DNA from: an uncultured Kiloniellales bacterium
GTDB lineage: Bacteria; Pseudomonadota; Alphaproteobacteria; Kiloniellales; JAKSDN01
NCBI GenBank assembly: GCA_947258885.1
Contig: CAMYKD010000018.1
Location: 27,150-91,149 of the forward strand
Direction: 5' to 3'
DNA length: 64,000 bases
In this document: positions 35,173-44,891 of the stretch, in pieces
How positions within the stretch are numbered: the stretch's first letter is position 1
Layout: the number at the start of each line of letters is the position of its first letter
Translations under genes and position numbers: made by a program
Notes under the pieces: generated by a model
What the model was told of the DNA's origin: nothing
Seen by the model: the letters and a program-made list of their open reading frames with translations, nothing else
The model's database searches: none

Positions 35173-36681
35173 ATGGAAGACTTCCTTCAAGGCACGCTCA
35201 CGCTGTTCGGCAACCCGACCAGTGTCATGATCTTCGTCGGCGGGTTGCTCGGCGGCATGCTATTCGGCGCGGTGCCCGGCATCTCCATGCTGACCCTGGC
35301 GGCGATCATCCTGCCGTTCACGGGCAACCTGACCGCGTCCGATGCGATCATGCTCTATTCGGTGATATACTGCGCCGGCGTGTTTGGCGGGGCGATCACC
35401 GCGATCCTGTTCAACATTCCAGGCGCGCCGGAGAACGCGCCGACCGCCTTCGACGGCTATCCCATGACCTGCAAGGGCCAGGCCGGCAAGGCCGTGGGCG
35501 CGGCGGTGCTCTGCTCGGCCTTCGGCGGCACCTGCTCGGCGCTTTTGATGATGGCGGCGACCGCGACCATCGCCGACTGGGCGATCAGCGCACTCGGGCC
35601 GCCCGAGATCTTTGCCCTGGTGTTCTTCGGCCTGGCGGTCGCCTCCTCGGTCGGCGCGTCGACGCTCTGGAAGGGCTGGCTCTCCGTGCTCCTGGGCCTG
35701 ATGGTCGCGACGGTCGGCATGGATCCCGTGGGCGGGCTCAGGCGTTACGATTTCGGCTTCACCTACCTTCTGGCCGGCATCCACTTCATTCCGACCATCC
35801 TCGGCTTCTTCGCCGTGTCCGAGGTCTTCGTCCAGCTCGAGAAGCGGGTGCGCGGCACCTACGAGGCGCCCAAGGTGAACCTCGATTTCCCCAGCTTCCT
35901 CGAGTTCTGGAAGCTGAAGCTGGCCGTCGTCCGCTCGGTGGTGATCGGCTTTTTCGCCGGAATCCTGCCGGGGATCGGCGCGGTGCTGGCGGCCTTCATG
36001 GGGTACAACGAGGCGGTGCGCTGGTCGAAGACCCCGGAGAAATTCGGCACCGGCGAGTTGGAGGGCGTGGTGTCCTCGGAGACCGCCAACAACGCGGCGA
36101 CGGGCGCCGCCATGATCCCGCTCCTGGCGCTCGGCCTGCCCGGCGGCGCGCTCACCGCCATGATGATCGGCGTGTTCCAGATCCACGGCATCGAGGCCGG
36201 GCCCCTGGTCTTCATCAACAGCAAAGACCTGGTCTGGGTGGTCTTCTCGGCCATGTTCTTCGCCAACATCTCGATCTTCTTCCTGGGCTGGCTGCAGACC
36301 AAGACGGTCGTCCATCTCCTGCGTGTGCCGTTCCATTTCCTGGCCCCGGCCATCCTGCTGTTCGGCTCGGTCGGCGCCTATGCGGTGCGCGGGCTGGCGC
36401 TCGACGTGCTGGTCATGTTCGCCGCCGGGATCCTCGCCTTCTTCCTGCGCCGCTCCGGCTATTCCGTGGCCGGCATCGTGCTCGGCCTCATCCTCGGCAA
36501 GATCGGCGAGCAGAACTTCGCCCAGGCCATGCAGATGGTGCACTATGATCCGGTCGCCTTCATGGGCCGGCCGATCGCCGCGCTCCTGCTCGTGGGCGGC
36601 GCGCTGACCATCGCCGTGAACGTGGTCAAGGCGTTCCGGGGCACGCGCGCCTCGGTCGACGACGAAACCGCCGAGGCATAA
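35173..36681 (+). CDS. tctA: tripartite tricarboxylate transporter large permease (TctA family)
   Basis: 502 aa, multi-TM, TctA-like. Confidence 0.85.
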   Translation: MEDFLQGTLTLFGNPTSVMIFVGGLLGGMLFGAVPGISMLTLAAIILPFTGNLTASDAIMLYSVIYCAGVFGGAITAILFNIPGAPENAPTAFDGYPMTCKGQAGKAVGAAVLCSAFGGTCSALLMMAATATIADWAISALGPPEIFALVFFGLAVASSVGASTLWKGWLSVLLGLMVATVGMDPVGGLRRYDFGFTYLLAGIHFIPTILGFFAVSEVFVQLEKRVRGTYEAPKVNLDFPSFLEFWKLKLAVVRSVVIGFFAGILPGIGAVLAAFMGYNEAVRWSKTPEKFGTGELEGVVSSETANNAATGAAMIPLLALGLPGGALTAMMIGVFQIHGIEAGPLVFINSKDLVWVVFSAMFFANISIFFLGWLQTKTVVHLLRVPFHFLAPAILLFGSVGAYAVRGLALDVLVMFAAGILAFFLRRSGYSVAGIVLGLILGKIGEQNFAQAMQMVHYDPVAFMGRPIAALLLVGGALTIAVNVVKAFRGTRASVDDETAEA

Positions 36682-36764
36682 GATAAGATGAAAGGTGCCG
36701 GGGAGGCCAATCGAGCATCGGGAGCGCTTTCGACCTTGTCGGGAGCGCCGCAAAGCTGATCAAG

Positions 36765-38204
36765 GTGACTGTCATGCTCCGTCCTCAGACCAAACACGCG
36801 ACCGATCCCCAAGACGAGAGCGCGATCGCGGCCGAGCTAGCCGCCCGCGGCCGGACCGCCATGGCGGCCCTGGAGGGCGCCAGCCAGGACCGCATCGACG
36901 AGGCGGTCACGGCGCTCGCTTGGTCGATCTACAAGCCCGAGAACGCCCGCATGCTGGCCGAGATGGCGGTCGAGGACACCGGACTCGGCAACGCTCCCGA
37001 CAAGATCATCAAGAATACGCGCAAGACCTTCGGCACCCTGCGCGACCTGCTGCGCGTCCGCAGCACCGGGGTGATCGAGGAAGACCCGGCGCGCGGCCTG
37101 ACGATCTATGCCAAACCGGTCGGCGTCGTGGCCGCGGTCTGCCCCTCGACCAACCCGGCGGCGACGCCGATCAACAAGGCTATGATGGCGCTCAAGGGCG
37201 GTAACGCCGTGATCGTCGCCCCCTCGCCCGCCGGCTGGTCGACCTCGGCCCGGACGGTCGCGCTGGCGCGCGCCGAGCTGGAGAAGATCGGCCTGCCGAG
37301 CGACCTGATGCAGGTGCTGCCGCAGCCAGCCAGCAAGGGCCTCACCCAGGCCCTGATGGAGGCCGCGGACCTGGTCGTCGTCACCGGCTCGCAGAACAAC
37401 GTGCGACGCGCCTATTCAAGCGGCACGCCCGCCATCGGGGTGGGCGCCGGCAACGTGCCGGTGATCGTCGACGAGAGTGCCGACTTCGCCGACGCGGCCC
37501 AGAAGATCATGGCATCGAAGTGCTTCGACAACGCGACCTCCTGTTCCTCGGAGAACTCCGTCGTCATCCTCGACAAGGTTTTCGACCAGGCGATCGCGGC
37601 ACTGGAGGCGGCCGGCGGCTACCTGGCGAACGCCGAGGAAAAGCAGCGTGTGGTGAATACGCTGTGGCAGGACGGCAAGCTGAACCGCCACCTGATTGCC
37701 AAGGACGCCCCGGTGCTGGCCGCGGCCTTCGACCTGCCGGAGGCGGCCCAGGACGCCCGCTTCTTCATGATCGAGGAGAGCGGCGTCGGCGAGGACTTTC
37801 CGCTGTCCGGCGAGAAGCTGTCGCTGGTGCTCACGGTCTACCGCGTGCCTGATTTCGACGCGGCCCTGGCCAAGGTCGCCGAGATCCTCGGCTACCAGGG
37901 CATCGGCCATTCCTGCGGCATCCACACCGCCGCGCCGGACCGCGCCCGGCGCCTGGCCGAGGAGCTCGACGTGGTGCGCGTGCTGGTCAACCAGGCGCAC
38001 ACCTTCGGCAACGGCGGCGGCTTCGACAACGGCCTCAACTTCACGCTCTCCATGGGCTGCGGCACCTGGGCCGGCAACTCGATCAGCGAGAACCTGAACT
38101 GGCGCCACTTCGTCAACCTGACCCACCTGGTCACCACGATTCCCGAGGACAAGCCGGACGAGGAGGCGCTGTTCGGCGCCCACTGGGCGAAATACGGAAA
38201 ATGA
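36765..38204 (+). CDS. CoA-acylating aldehyde dehydrogenase (EutE/SucD-Ck/SauS-like)
   Basis: 479 aa. Aldehyde dehydrogenase fold with a catalytic Cys context (DNATSCSSENSVVI). It has the short C-terminus typical of acylating enzymes. Confidence 0.75.
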   Translation: MTVMLRPQTKHATDPQDESAIAAELAARGRTAMAALEGASQDRIDEAVTALAWSIYKPENARMLAEMAVEDTGLGNAPDKIIKNTRKTFGTLRDLLRVRSTGVIEEDPARGLTIYAKPVGVVAAVCPSTNPAATPINKAMMALKGGNAVIVAPSPAGWSTSARTVALARAELEKIGLPSDLMQVLPQPASKGLTQALMEAADLVVVTGSQNNVRRAYSSGTPAIGVGAGNVPVIVDESADFADAAQKIMASKCFDNATSCSSENSVVILDKVFDQAIAALEAAGGYLANAEEKQRVVNTLWQDGKLNRHLIAKDAPVLAAAFDLPEAAQDARFFMIEESGVGEDFPLSGEKLSLVLTVYRVPDFDAALAKVAEILGYQGIGHSCGIHTAAPDRARRLAEELDVVRVLVNQAHTFGNGGGFDNGLNFTLSMGCGTWAGNSISENLNWRHFVNLTHLVTTIPEDKPDEEALFGAHWAKYGK

Positions 38205-38208
38205 CGCT

Positions 38209-39333
38209 ATGAACTTCGAGGAACACGCCGCCAAGCCGCTGCTGGCGGAAGCCGGTATCGCGATCCCCGAGGGTGCGGTCGCGGAAGACAGCGCCGCGGC
38301 GGCCGGGATCGCGGCAAGGCTCGGCCCGGTCGTGGTCAAGGCGCAGGTGCCGGCCGGCAAGCGCGGCAAGGCCGGTGGGATCAGGCCGGCCGATACGCCG
38401 GAGGAGGTCGCGCAAGCGGCCGAGGCCATCCTCGGCATGACGATCGGCGGACATCAGGTCGAGAAGGTCCTGGTCGAGAGCCGGGCCGACATTGCCCGCG
38501 AGCTCTATGCCGCGGTACTGAACGATCCCGCCAGCCGCTCGCCCCTGGTCATGTTCTCGACCCGGGGCGGCATGGACATCGAGGAGGTCGCGGCGAGCGA
38601 GCCGGCGGCCGTGCGTCGCCTTGTCGTCGACATCACCTCCGGTTTCGACAAGACGCAGGCCGAAGACTTGCTCTCCGGGCTCGACCTCGGGTCGGCCGGC
38701 GCCGCGGCGGCCGAGGTCCTGGCGAAGCTCTACGCGCTCTACCGGGCGCGCGACGCCGAGTTGGTCGAGATCAATCCGCTGGTCGTCACGGGCGACGGCC
38801 GCGTGGTCGCCCTCGACTGCAAGCTGGCGCTGGACGACGGCGCCCTGCCCCGCCAGGGCGACCTGGCCGAGGCCGGCGCGCCCGAGCCCATGACCGGGCT
38901 GGAGGCGCGCGGCCGCGAGCTCGGTCTGCGCTACATCGAGCTCGACGGCCCGGTCGGCGTGCTGGCCAACGGTGCGGGCCTCACCATGACGACGATGGAC
39001 GCGGTGGTGCACTGCGGCGGCCGGCCGGCGAACTTCCTCGAGATCGGCGGCGAGGCCTACACCAAGGCCACGGCGGCGCTGGAGCTGGTGCTCGCCAACC
39101 CTCGGGTCGAGAGCCTGGTCGTGAACTTCTGCGGCGCCTTCGCCCGCTGCGACGTCATGACCGAGGGCGTGGTCGCGGCCTGGGAAACGCTGAAGCCCGA
39201 GATCCCCGTGTTCTTCTCGATCCACGGCACCGGCGAGGACGAGGCTGTCGCCCTGCTCAAGGAGCGCCTCGATATGGAACCCTTCGACCTGATGGACGAC
39301 GCGGTGAAGGCCGCGATCGAGGCCGCCCGATGA
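38209..39333 (+). CDS. succinyl-CoA synthetase beta-subunit-like (ATP-grasp) ADP-forming acid-CoA ligase subunit
   Basis: 374 aa. Starts MNFEEHAAKPLLAEAGIAIPEG..VVVKAQVPAGKRGKAGGI. 4-nt overlap with the alpha subunit gene. Confidence 0.8.
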   Translation: MNFEEHAAKPLLAEAGIAIPEGAVAEDSAAAAGIAARLGPVVVKAQVPAGKRGKAGGIRPADTPEEVAQAAEAILGMTIGGHQVEKVLVESRADIARELYAAVLNDPASRSPLVMFSTRGGMDIEEVAASEPAAVRRLVVDITSGFDKTQAEDLLSGLDLGSAGAAAAEVLAKLYALYRARDAELVEINPLVVTGDGRVVALDCKLALDDGALPRQGDLAEAGAPEPMTGLEARGRELGLRYIELDGPVGVLANGAGLTMTTMDAVVHCGGRPANFLEIGGEAYTKATAALELVLANPRVESLVVNFCGAFARCDVMTEGVVAAWETLKPEIPVFFSIHGTGEDEAVALLKERLDMEPFDLMDDAVKAAIEAAR

Positions 39334-40202
39334 TCGTCCGCCAGCAGGACCGCGTCCTGGTCCAGGGCATCACCGGCCGCCAGGGCAGCTTCTGGACCGA
39401 GCGCATGCAGGCCTACGGCACCAGGGTCGTCGGCGGCGTCAACCCGAAGAAGGCGGGCAGCGAGCACTGCGGCGTTCCGGTCTTCGCCAGCGCCCGCGAG
39501 GCCATGGACCAGGGCGGTTTCGACGCCTCGGTCCTGTTCATCCCGCCGCTCGCCGCCAAGGACGCCGCGCTCGACGCGATCGAAGCGGGCGCCAAGACCC
39601 TGGTCATGCTGACCGAGTTCGTCCCGGTGCAGGACGTCATGGCAATCCTGGCCGCGGCCCGGGCCCACGGCTGCTGCGTCGTCGGACCGAATACCGCCGG
39701 CCTGGTCACACCGGGCGAATGCTTCGTCGGCATCATGCCGGGCTTCAACGAGAATATCTTCCAGCCCGGGCGCATCGGCGTGATCTCGCGCAGCGGCTCG
39801 CTGGGCACGCTCCTCTGCCTCAACCTGGTGCGCGCCGGCTTCGGCCAGTCCGCCTTCATCGGCATCGGCGGCGACCCGGTCTCGGGCACAACCATGCGCG
39901 AGGCGCTGGAGCGGCTCGACGCGGACGAACGGACCGACGCGGTCGTGCTGGTCGGCGAGATCGGCGGCGCCAAGGAGGAGGAGGCCGCCGACTACGCCGC
40001 CGGCATGGCCAAGCCGGTGGTCGCCTTCATCGCCGGCCGCGCCTCGCCGCCGGGCAAGAAGATGGGCCACGCGGGCGCGATCGTCATGGGCGACCAAGGC
40101 ACCCACGCCTCGAAGAAGGCGGCGTTCGAGGCTGCCGGCGTGCGGGTTCTCGACATGCCCTCCGGGGTGGGACCGGCGCTCAGCGCAGCCCTCGCCGGCT
40201 GA
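39330..40202 (+). CDS. succinyl-CoA synthetase alpha-subunit-like acid-CoA ligase subunit
   Basis: 290 aa. CoA-binding motif: [11 protein letters not shown]. Phosphohistidine loop: MGHAGAIV. Confidence 0.8.
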   Translation: MIVRQQDRVLVQGITGRQGSFWTERMQAYGTRVVGGVNPKKAGSEHCGVPVFASAREAMDQGGFDASVLFIPPLAAKDAALDAIEAGAKTLVMLTEFVPVQDVMAILAAARAHGCCVVGPNTAGLVTPGECFVGIMPGFNENIFQPGRIGVISRSGSLGTLLCLNLVRAGFGQSAFIGIGGDPVSGTTMREALERLDADERTDAVVLVGEIGGAKEEEAADYAAGMAKPVVAFIAGRASPPGKKMGHAGAIVMGDQGTHASKKAAFEAAGVRVLDMPSGVGPALSAALAG

Positions 40203-40232
40203 AGCCGCAACGCGCCCTCGCCCGGAACTCCG

Positions 40233-40982
40233 ATGTTCGGACTCGACCCCGAGACTCTTCTGGGCATCACGCTGGCCCTGGCGCTGGGCGGCCTGGTCAA
40301 GGGCACGATCGGCATCGGCCTGCCGATCGCCAGCGTGGCGGTGCTCTCGCAGTTCCTCGAGGTGCCGCTGATCCTGGCGCTGATGAGCCTGCCCATCGTG
40401 CTGACCAACGTCTGGCAGGTCGTGCAGGCCGGAAGGCCGCGGGAGGCGGCCCGGCGCTTCTGGCCGGTCATCCTGTTCCTGATGATCTTCATCTTCGCGA
40501 GCGGCCTCCTCGTCGTGCGCCTGGACCAGCGGCTGGTCTACAGCCTGATCGGCTTGGCCATCCTGGGCTTCGCGGTCATGAACCTGACCCGGCCGGCCGG
40601 CCGGTTGGCGCCGCGCGGCGAGCGCTGGGCGGGGGCCCTGGCCGGCGCTCTGGCGGGCGTGCTGGGGGGCATATCGACCATCTGGAGCCCGCCGATCCTG
40701 ATGTTCTTCATCATGCTGCGCCTGCCCAAGGAGGCCTTCGTCAGGGCGCTCGGGCTGGTCCTGCTGAGCGGCAGCTTTCCCCTGATCCTGGCCTATGTCC
40801 AGAACGGCATACTCACGCCGCGCACGGCGGCCATGTCGGCCGCGGCCACGCTGCCGGCCCTGGGCGGACAGGCGGCGGGCCAGTGGCTGCGCCAGCGCAT
40901 CGACGAGGCGCGCTTCCGCAAGATGGTCCTGTTCGCCCTCCTCCTCAGCGGCCTCAACCTGCTGCGCCGGGCGGTGTTCTGA
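40233..40982 (+). CDS. TauE/SafE-family sulfite/organosulfonate anion exporter
   Basis: 249 aa, multi-TM. TauE-like N-terminus: LALALGGLVKGTIGIGLPIASV. Confidence 0.75.
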   Translation: MFGLDPETLLGITLALALGGLVKGTIGIGLPIASVAVLSQFLEVPLILALMSLPIVLTNVWQVVQAGRPREAARRFWPVILFLMIFIFASGLLVVRLDQRLVYSLIGLAILGFAVMNLTRPAGRLAPRGERWAGALAGALAGVLGGISTIWSPPILMFFIMLRLPKEAFVRALGLVLLSGSFPLILAYVQNGILTPRTAAMSAAATLPALGGQAAGQWLRQRIDEARFRKMVLFALLLSGLNLLRRAVF

Positions 40983-41039
40983 CGCCGCGCCGCAGGCCGT
41001 TCATGGTTGGACTTCGACCTTTGGAATCGGCTTCGGATT

Positions 41040-41060
41040 TGGTATGATATATTCATACCA
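41040..41060. promoter_or_regulatory. palindromic operator candidate for parDE
   Basis: TGGTATGA-TATAT-TCATACCA has perfect 8-bp arms and ends 16 nt upstream of the parD ATG. Confidence 0.5.
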
Positions 41061-41076
41061 TGGTGAGAGGACGGAC

Positions 41077-41355
41077 ATGGGCACGCTGGAGAAGATCACG
41101 ATCTCGCTCCCGGAAGAGATGGTCGCTGAGATCAAGGCGGCAGTCGAGGCCGGCGAATTCACCAACACCAGCGAGGCGATACGCGACGCCCTGCGTCACT
41201 GGCGGCGCTCTCGCACCGTCATCGCCCTCAACGACGAGGAACTGCGACGGCTCGTCGCGGAGGGCCGGGAGAGCGGCGCGCCCGTCGACGCGGATACGGC
41301 GCTCCAGCGCCTGCGCGCGAAGTATACGGCCTTGTTGGCCGGGGAAGGCCGGTGA
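41077..41355 (+). CDS. parD: type II antitoxin, ParD/RHH (CopG-like) family
   Basis: 92 aa, starting MGTLEKITISLPEEMVAEIKAAVEAGEFTNTSEAIRDALRHW. Overlaps the parE start. Confidence 0.85.
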   Translation: MGTLEKITISLPEEMVAEIKAAVEAGEFTNTSEAIRDALRHWRRSRTVIALNDEELRRLVAEGRESGAPVDADTALQRLRAKYTALLAGEGR

Positions 41356-41639
41356 GTGGTTTCCGGCTGAGGCCGAAAGCCGTCGAAGATCTCGAAACCA
41401 TCGGCGACTTCATCGCGGCCGACGATCCGGGGCGCGCCGTTTCCTTTATCGACGAGATCGTGTCCCTTTGCACAAGTATCGCAGAAAGCCCGCGCGCCTA
41501 CAGTCGCCGGGACGACCTCGCCAAAGGTCTGAGACAAGCCGTTCACGGGCGCTATCTCGTCTTCTTCACCGCCGATGACCAGGGCATCGTAGTCGAGCGC
41601 GTCCGGCCCGGCGCCCGCCGACTAGAAGACCTGTTTTGA
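41352..41639 (+). CDS. parE: type II toxin, ParE/RelE family
   Basis: 95 aa with a GTGA overlap. Sequence: FRLRPKAVEDLETIGDFIAADDPGRAVSFIDEI...GRYLVFF.... Confidence 0.85.
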   Translation: MSGFRLRPKAVEDLETIGDFIAADDPGRAVSFIDEIVSLCTSIAESPRAYSRRDDLAKGLRQAVHGRYLVFFTADDQGIVVERVRPGARRLEDLF

Positions 41640-41745
41640 CAGATCGGACCACCGATTCGTGATTGTGATCCGGAGGCTGTTCCGAAGGCCGGATCTGATC
41701 TATAAGCGGGCGAATACCCTTCCGAACGACGCTGGATGACAAGCC

Positions 41746-42315
41746 ATGGCCGATAAACCCATCAGTCGCTTTCCCGTGCCCGAATTGGCGGCGCTGCCCG
41801 GGGACATTCAGGAGAGAATTATCGCGGTCCAGGAAAAGTCCGGCTTCATACCGAACGTCTTTCTGACGCTGGCCCATCGACCCGACGAGTTCCGCGCGTT
41901 CTTCGCCTACCACGACGCGCTCATGGAGAAGGACAGTGGGCTGACCAAGGCCGAGCGGGAAATGATCGTGGTCGCGACCTCGAACGCCAACAGCTGCCAG
42001 TACTGCGTCGTGGCTCACGGCGCAATTCTGCGCATCCGCGCCAAGGCCCCCTTGGTCGCGGACCAGGTCGCGGTCAATTACCGCAAGGCCGACATCACCG
42101 AACGCCAGACGGCGATGCTGGACTTTGCCATGAAGCTGTCCCAGGACTCCGGCTCGGTCGGGGAGAGCGACCTCGAGACCTTACGGGGTCACGGGTTCTC
42201 CGATGAAGACATATGGGATATCGGCGCGGTCGCGGCGTTCTTCGCAATGAGCAACCGCTTGGCGAACCTCACCTCGATGAGACCCAACGACGAGTTCTAC
42301 AATCTGGGTCGATAG
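41746..42315 (+). CDS. peroxidase-related AhpD/carboxymuconolactone decarboxylase (CMD)-family protein
   Basis: 189 aa with the CxxC-type motif NSCQYCVVAHG. Confidence 0.75.
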   Translation: MADKPISRFPVPELAALPGDIQERIIAVQEKSGFIPNVFLTLAHRPDEFRAFFAYHDALMEKDSGLTKAEREMIVVATSNANSCQYCVVAHGAILRIRAKAPLVADQVAVNYRKADITERQTAMLDFAMKLSQDSGSVGESDLETLRGHGFSDEDIWDIGAVAAFFAMSNRLANLTSMRPNDEFYNLGR

Positions 42316-42325
42316 CCGCCGCGCC

Positions 42326-44575
42326 CTACCGATAGACGTAGATCGGGCTGGACCAGGCCTGGTGGCCGTCCTCCTGGGTGACGCGGACATAGAGCGGGTT
42401 GTCGCCCTCGGGGCGCAGCTCGATGCGGCGCTCGACGGTCATGCGGCGGTGCGGGTTCTCCTCGGGCAGGCGAAAGATGCGGACGCGGCGGCCCAGGGCG
42501 CCGGCCTCGATGGTCTCATCCTCCAGGCCGATCTCCTCGACCGGCACGCCGCACTTGACCGGCGCGGTCTCCAGCTTGAGGGTGCCCGCATAGGGGTCGG
42601 CGAGCCAGGCGTCGAAGCCGCCCAGGTTGCCCGTCGTCAGCGCCCGCCAGCGAAGGTCACTATCAGAAACCTGGTCCAACGTCTTGTCGCGGTTGAAGAA
42701 GTTGATCGGCCGCGCGTCCAGGATCCGGTTGCCCGAAAGGGTGGCCGTGCCGTCCCAGATGACCTGGCGGAAGCGGCCGCGGTATTCCGCGCCCTCCCAG
42801 ACGACGCGGATGCGGTTGCCCAGCTCGTCCGCGCCGTAGGGCCGGATCGTCTGGAGATGCTCCAGGCCGTTGAAGACGTCCAGCCGCTCGATCGGCGCAG
42901 AGCCCAGAACCTCGATCCGCAGCGTGACGCCACCCTCGGGCAGGTGGACGATGTCGCCCATCATCGCGGTCTCGGCCTGGCACCCCTCGGCCGGGCCCAA
43001 CTCCGGGTCCTCGTGATAGAGCGTGGCCGGGCCGTCGATGCGGGCCCAGACGTCCAGATGCAGGCGCGCGCCCGTGGTGCCGAAGTGACGCCGCTTGCGC
43101 AGGCAGTCGAACACGGCGGCTCGGCTCAGCTCGGGCAGGAACAGGCAGGTCAGCCCTCCGACCGCGCCGAACAGCGAGGCGCCCGGGTAGCTCGCCCCCG
43201 GCCGGCCCTTGTGGCCGTCGCTGTTGGAGACGATCCCGACCCTATAGCCCATCTCGAAGGCGTCGCGCAGCAGCCACTCGAAGGTGCCCCAGGAGGAGTG
43301 GATCTCGACCGATCGCTCGAACCGCCCGTCGTGGGCCAGCTTGATGTCGGCGTAGCGCCCGCCGCAGTGGGCGAAGCAGACCGCGTCCTCGCCGTCTTTC
43401 GCGAGGGCCTCGAACAGCTCGGCGGCGGTGGCGCAGTCCGATTCGACGTCGCTCTTATCCTCCACCAAAGCATGCGAAGAGCGGCGTATTACGCTGCTTT
43501 CGCTTGAGAAATATACATTGCGATCGCCACCAAGACCGGTGTTGCCGGACCACTCGTAGCCGGGCAGGACGACGAAGCGGCCCGGTTCCTCGAACTCGGT
43601 CGCGAGTTCGCCGAGCGTGCCCCAGAAGTCCTTCGTGATCTGGAAGTCGTTGCCCTGATGGCCGGTCGCGTCGAGGAAGGCCAGGTCTCGGGCGAAGGCG
43701 AAGTAGTCGCGGGCACTGTTGGTGCCGATCGTCTCCTCGCTCTGGCCGTGCAGGTCGCCCCAGTAGGACACCAACTCGGCCTGCTCGACGAGGCGCAGCG
43801 GGTTGGAGCGGGCGAGCAGCGCGCCCGCTCCGTCCAACATCTCGATCTCGAGCTCGCCTTCGCCCTCCGCCGAAAGGCCTTCGAGCACCATGGCGAAGCG
43901 TCCGGCATTGTAGTCCAGCGTCTCCGGCAGGCCGGCCACCGGCCGCGAAGCCCGCAAATGCAGGCGGGCTTCCGCCTTGTCGCTCGGGTTGCCCCACTTG
44001 TCCTCGGCCTTGATCGATAGGCGGAAGGGCTCGCCAATGCGGCGCAGGGTCGGCAGGATGGCCTGCCAGCGCTCCGGCGGGCCGGGCACGATCGCGATAG
44101 TCGGCTGGACCGGCAGGGGTTGATAGCCGTAGGTGGCGATCGGATCGACCAGGACCCTGAATTCGAAGGTCTCCTCGCAGAAGGTCTGCAGACGCATGCC
44201 GGGCGAGCCGCGGCGCGGGTCGCCGTAGCGCACGGTGATCCAATCGCCCTCGCGCAGGAAGCCCCGGACCACCTTGATGTAGAGCGTGCGGTCCCAGGGC
44301 CGGACGTTGCCCTTGGGGTCGTAGCGGACCTGCAGGACCGCGTCGTTGCTGGCCTCTACCGTCGTGTAGTTGAAGCCCTCCGGGTCCTCGAACTGCGGGC
44401 GGGTCTGGTCCGAGGCGAAGCGCGAGACGATCTTGAGGCTGCCGCTGTCGTCGATGCCGTGCAGGCCGGCGGTGTAGGTCAGCGTGAAGGCGACCGTGCT
44501 GCCGGCCTCGAAGGCCCCGGCAGGCGTGACCTCGGCGCGCCCCAGCAACTCGGCGGCGATCGGCTCGTGGGCCAT
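42326..44575 (-). CDS. large uncharacterised protein, possible PHP/DUF3604-like metal-dependent hydrolase
   Basis: 749-aa ORF with typical codon bias and no signal peptide. The central segment YWGDLHGQSEETIGTNS...GHQGNDFQ resembles metal-binding PHP-type motifs. The family assignment is from memory only. Confidence 0.6.
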   Translation of the reverse strand: MAHEPIAAELLGRAEVTPAGAFEAGSTVAFTLTYTAGLHGIDDSGSLKIVSRFASDQTRPQFEDPEGFNYTTVEASNDAVLQVRYDPKGNVRPWDRTLYIKVVRGFLREGDWITVRYGDPRRGSPGMRLQTFCEETFEFRVLVDPIATYGYQPLPVQPTIAIVPGPPERWQAILPTLRRIGEPFRLSIKAEDKWGNPSDKAEARLHLRASRPVAGLPETLDYNAGRFAMVLEGLSAEGEGELEIEMLDGAGALLARSNPLRLVEQAELVSYWGDLHGQSEETIGTNSARDYFAFARDLAFLDATGHQGNDFQITKDFWGTLGELATEFEEPGRFVVLPGYEWSGNTGLGGDRNVYFSSESSVIRRSSHALVEDKSDVESDCATAAELFEALAKDGEDAVCFAHCGGRYADIKLAHDGRFERSVEIHSSWGTFEWLLRDAFEMGYRVGIVSNSDGHKGRPGASYPGASLFGAVGGLTCLFLPELSRAAVFDCLRKRRHFGTTGARLHLDVWARIDGPATLYHEDPELGPAEGCQAETAMMGDIVHLPEGGVTLRIEVLGSAPIERLDVFNGLEHLQTIRPYGADELGNRIRVVWEGAEYRGRFRQVIWDGTATLSGNRILDARPINFFNRDKTLDQVSDSDLRWRALTTGNLGGFDAWLADPYAGTLKLETAPVKCGVPVEEIGLEDETIEAGALGRRVRIFRLPEENPHRRMTVERRIELRPEGDNPLYVRVTQEDGHQAWSSPIYVYR

Positions 44576-44891
44576 GCGCCCTGCCCTCCTTTTTCCAACC
44601 GCCCGGCCGGCGGCCCTCCCATTTTGCGGTCCCGGTGAGGTCTGTCAATGACGCCACCGCCCGGGGGCGCCGGCGCGTCCGGACCAGGAACGTGGCCGAC
44701 ACTCCTCAATCGTAGTTAATCCAAGAAAAATCAACCACTGATTAGGGAATGGCGCATAGGATCCCGATGGCAGGCCGGGACCCTTGTAACAACATCGCGG
44801 CGACACACATACCAGACCACACCATCCGGATGCGGCCGCGGGGTGATTTGAACCGAGTATTGACGTGTCCTTTTCAAGACCTGGGCGGGCC

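Noticed and set aside
40795-41076. Long N-terminal extension of the ParD ORF (186-aa track ORF)
   Set aside because: The extension overlaps the 3' end of the TauE-family gene in another frame and is Arg/Ala-rich. The RHH antitoxin begins at ATG 41077, just after the palindromic operator.
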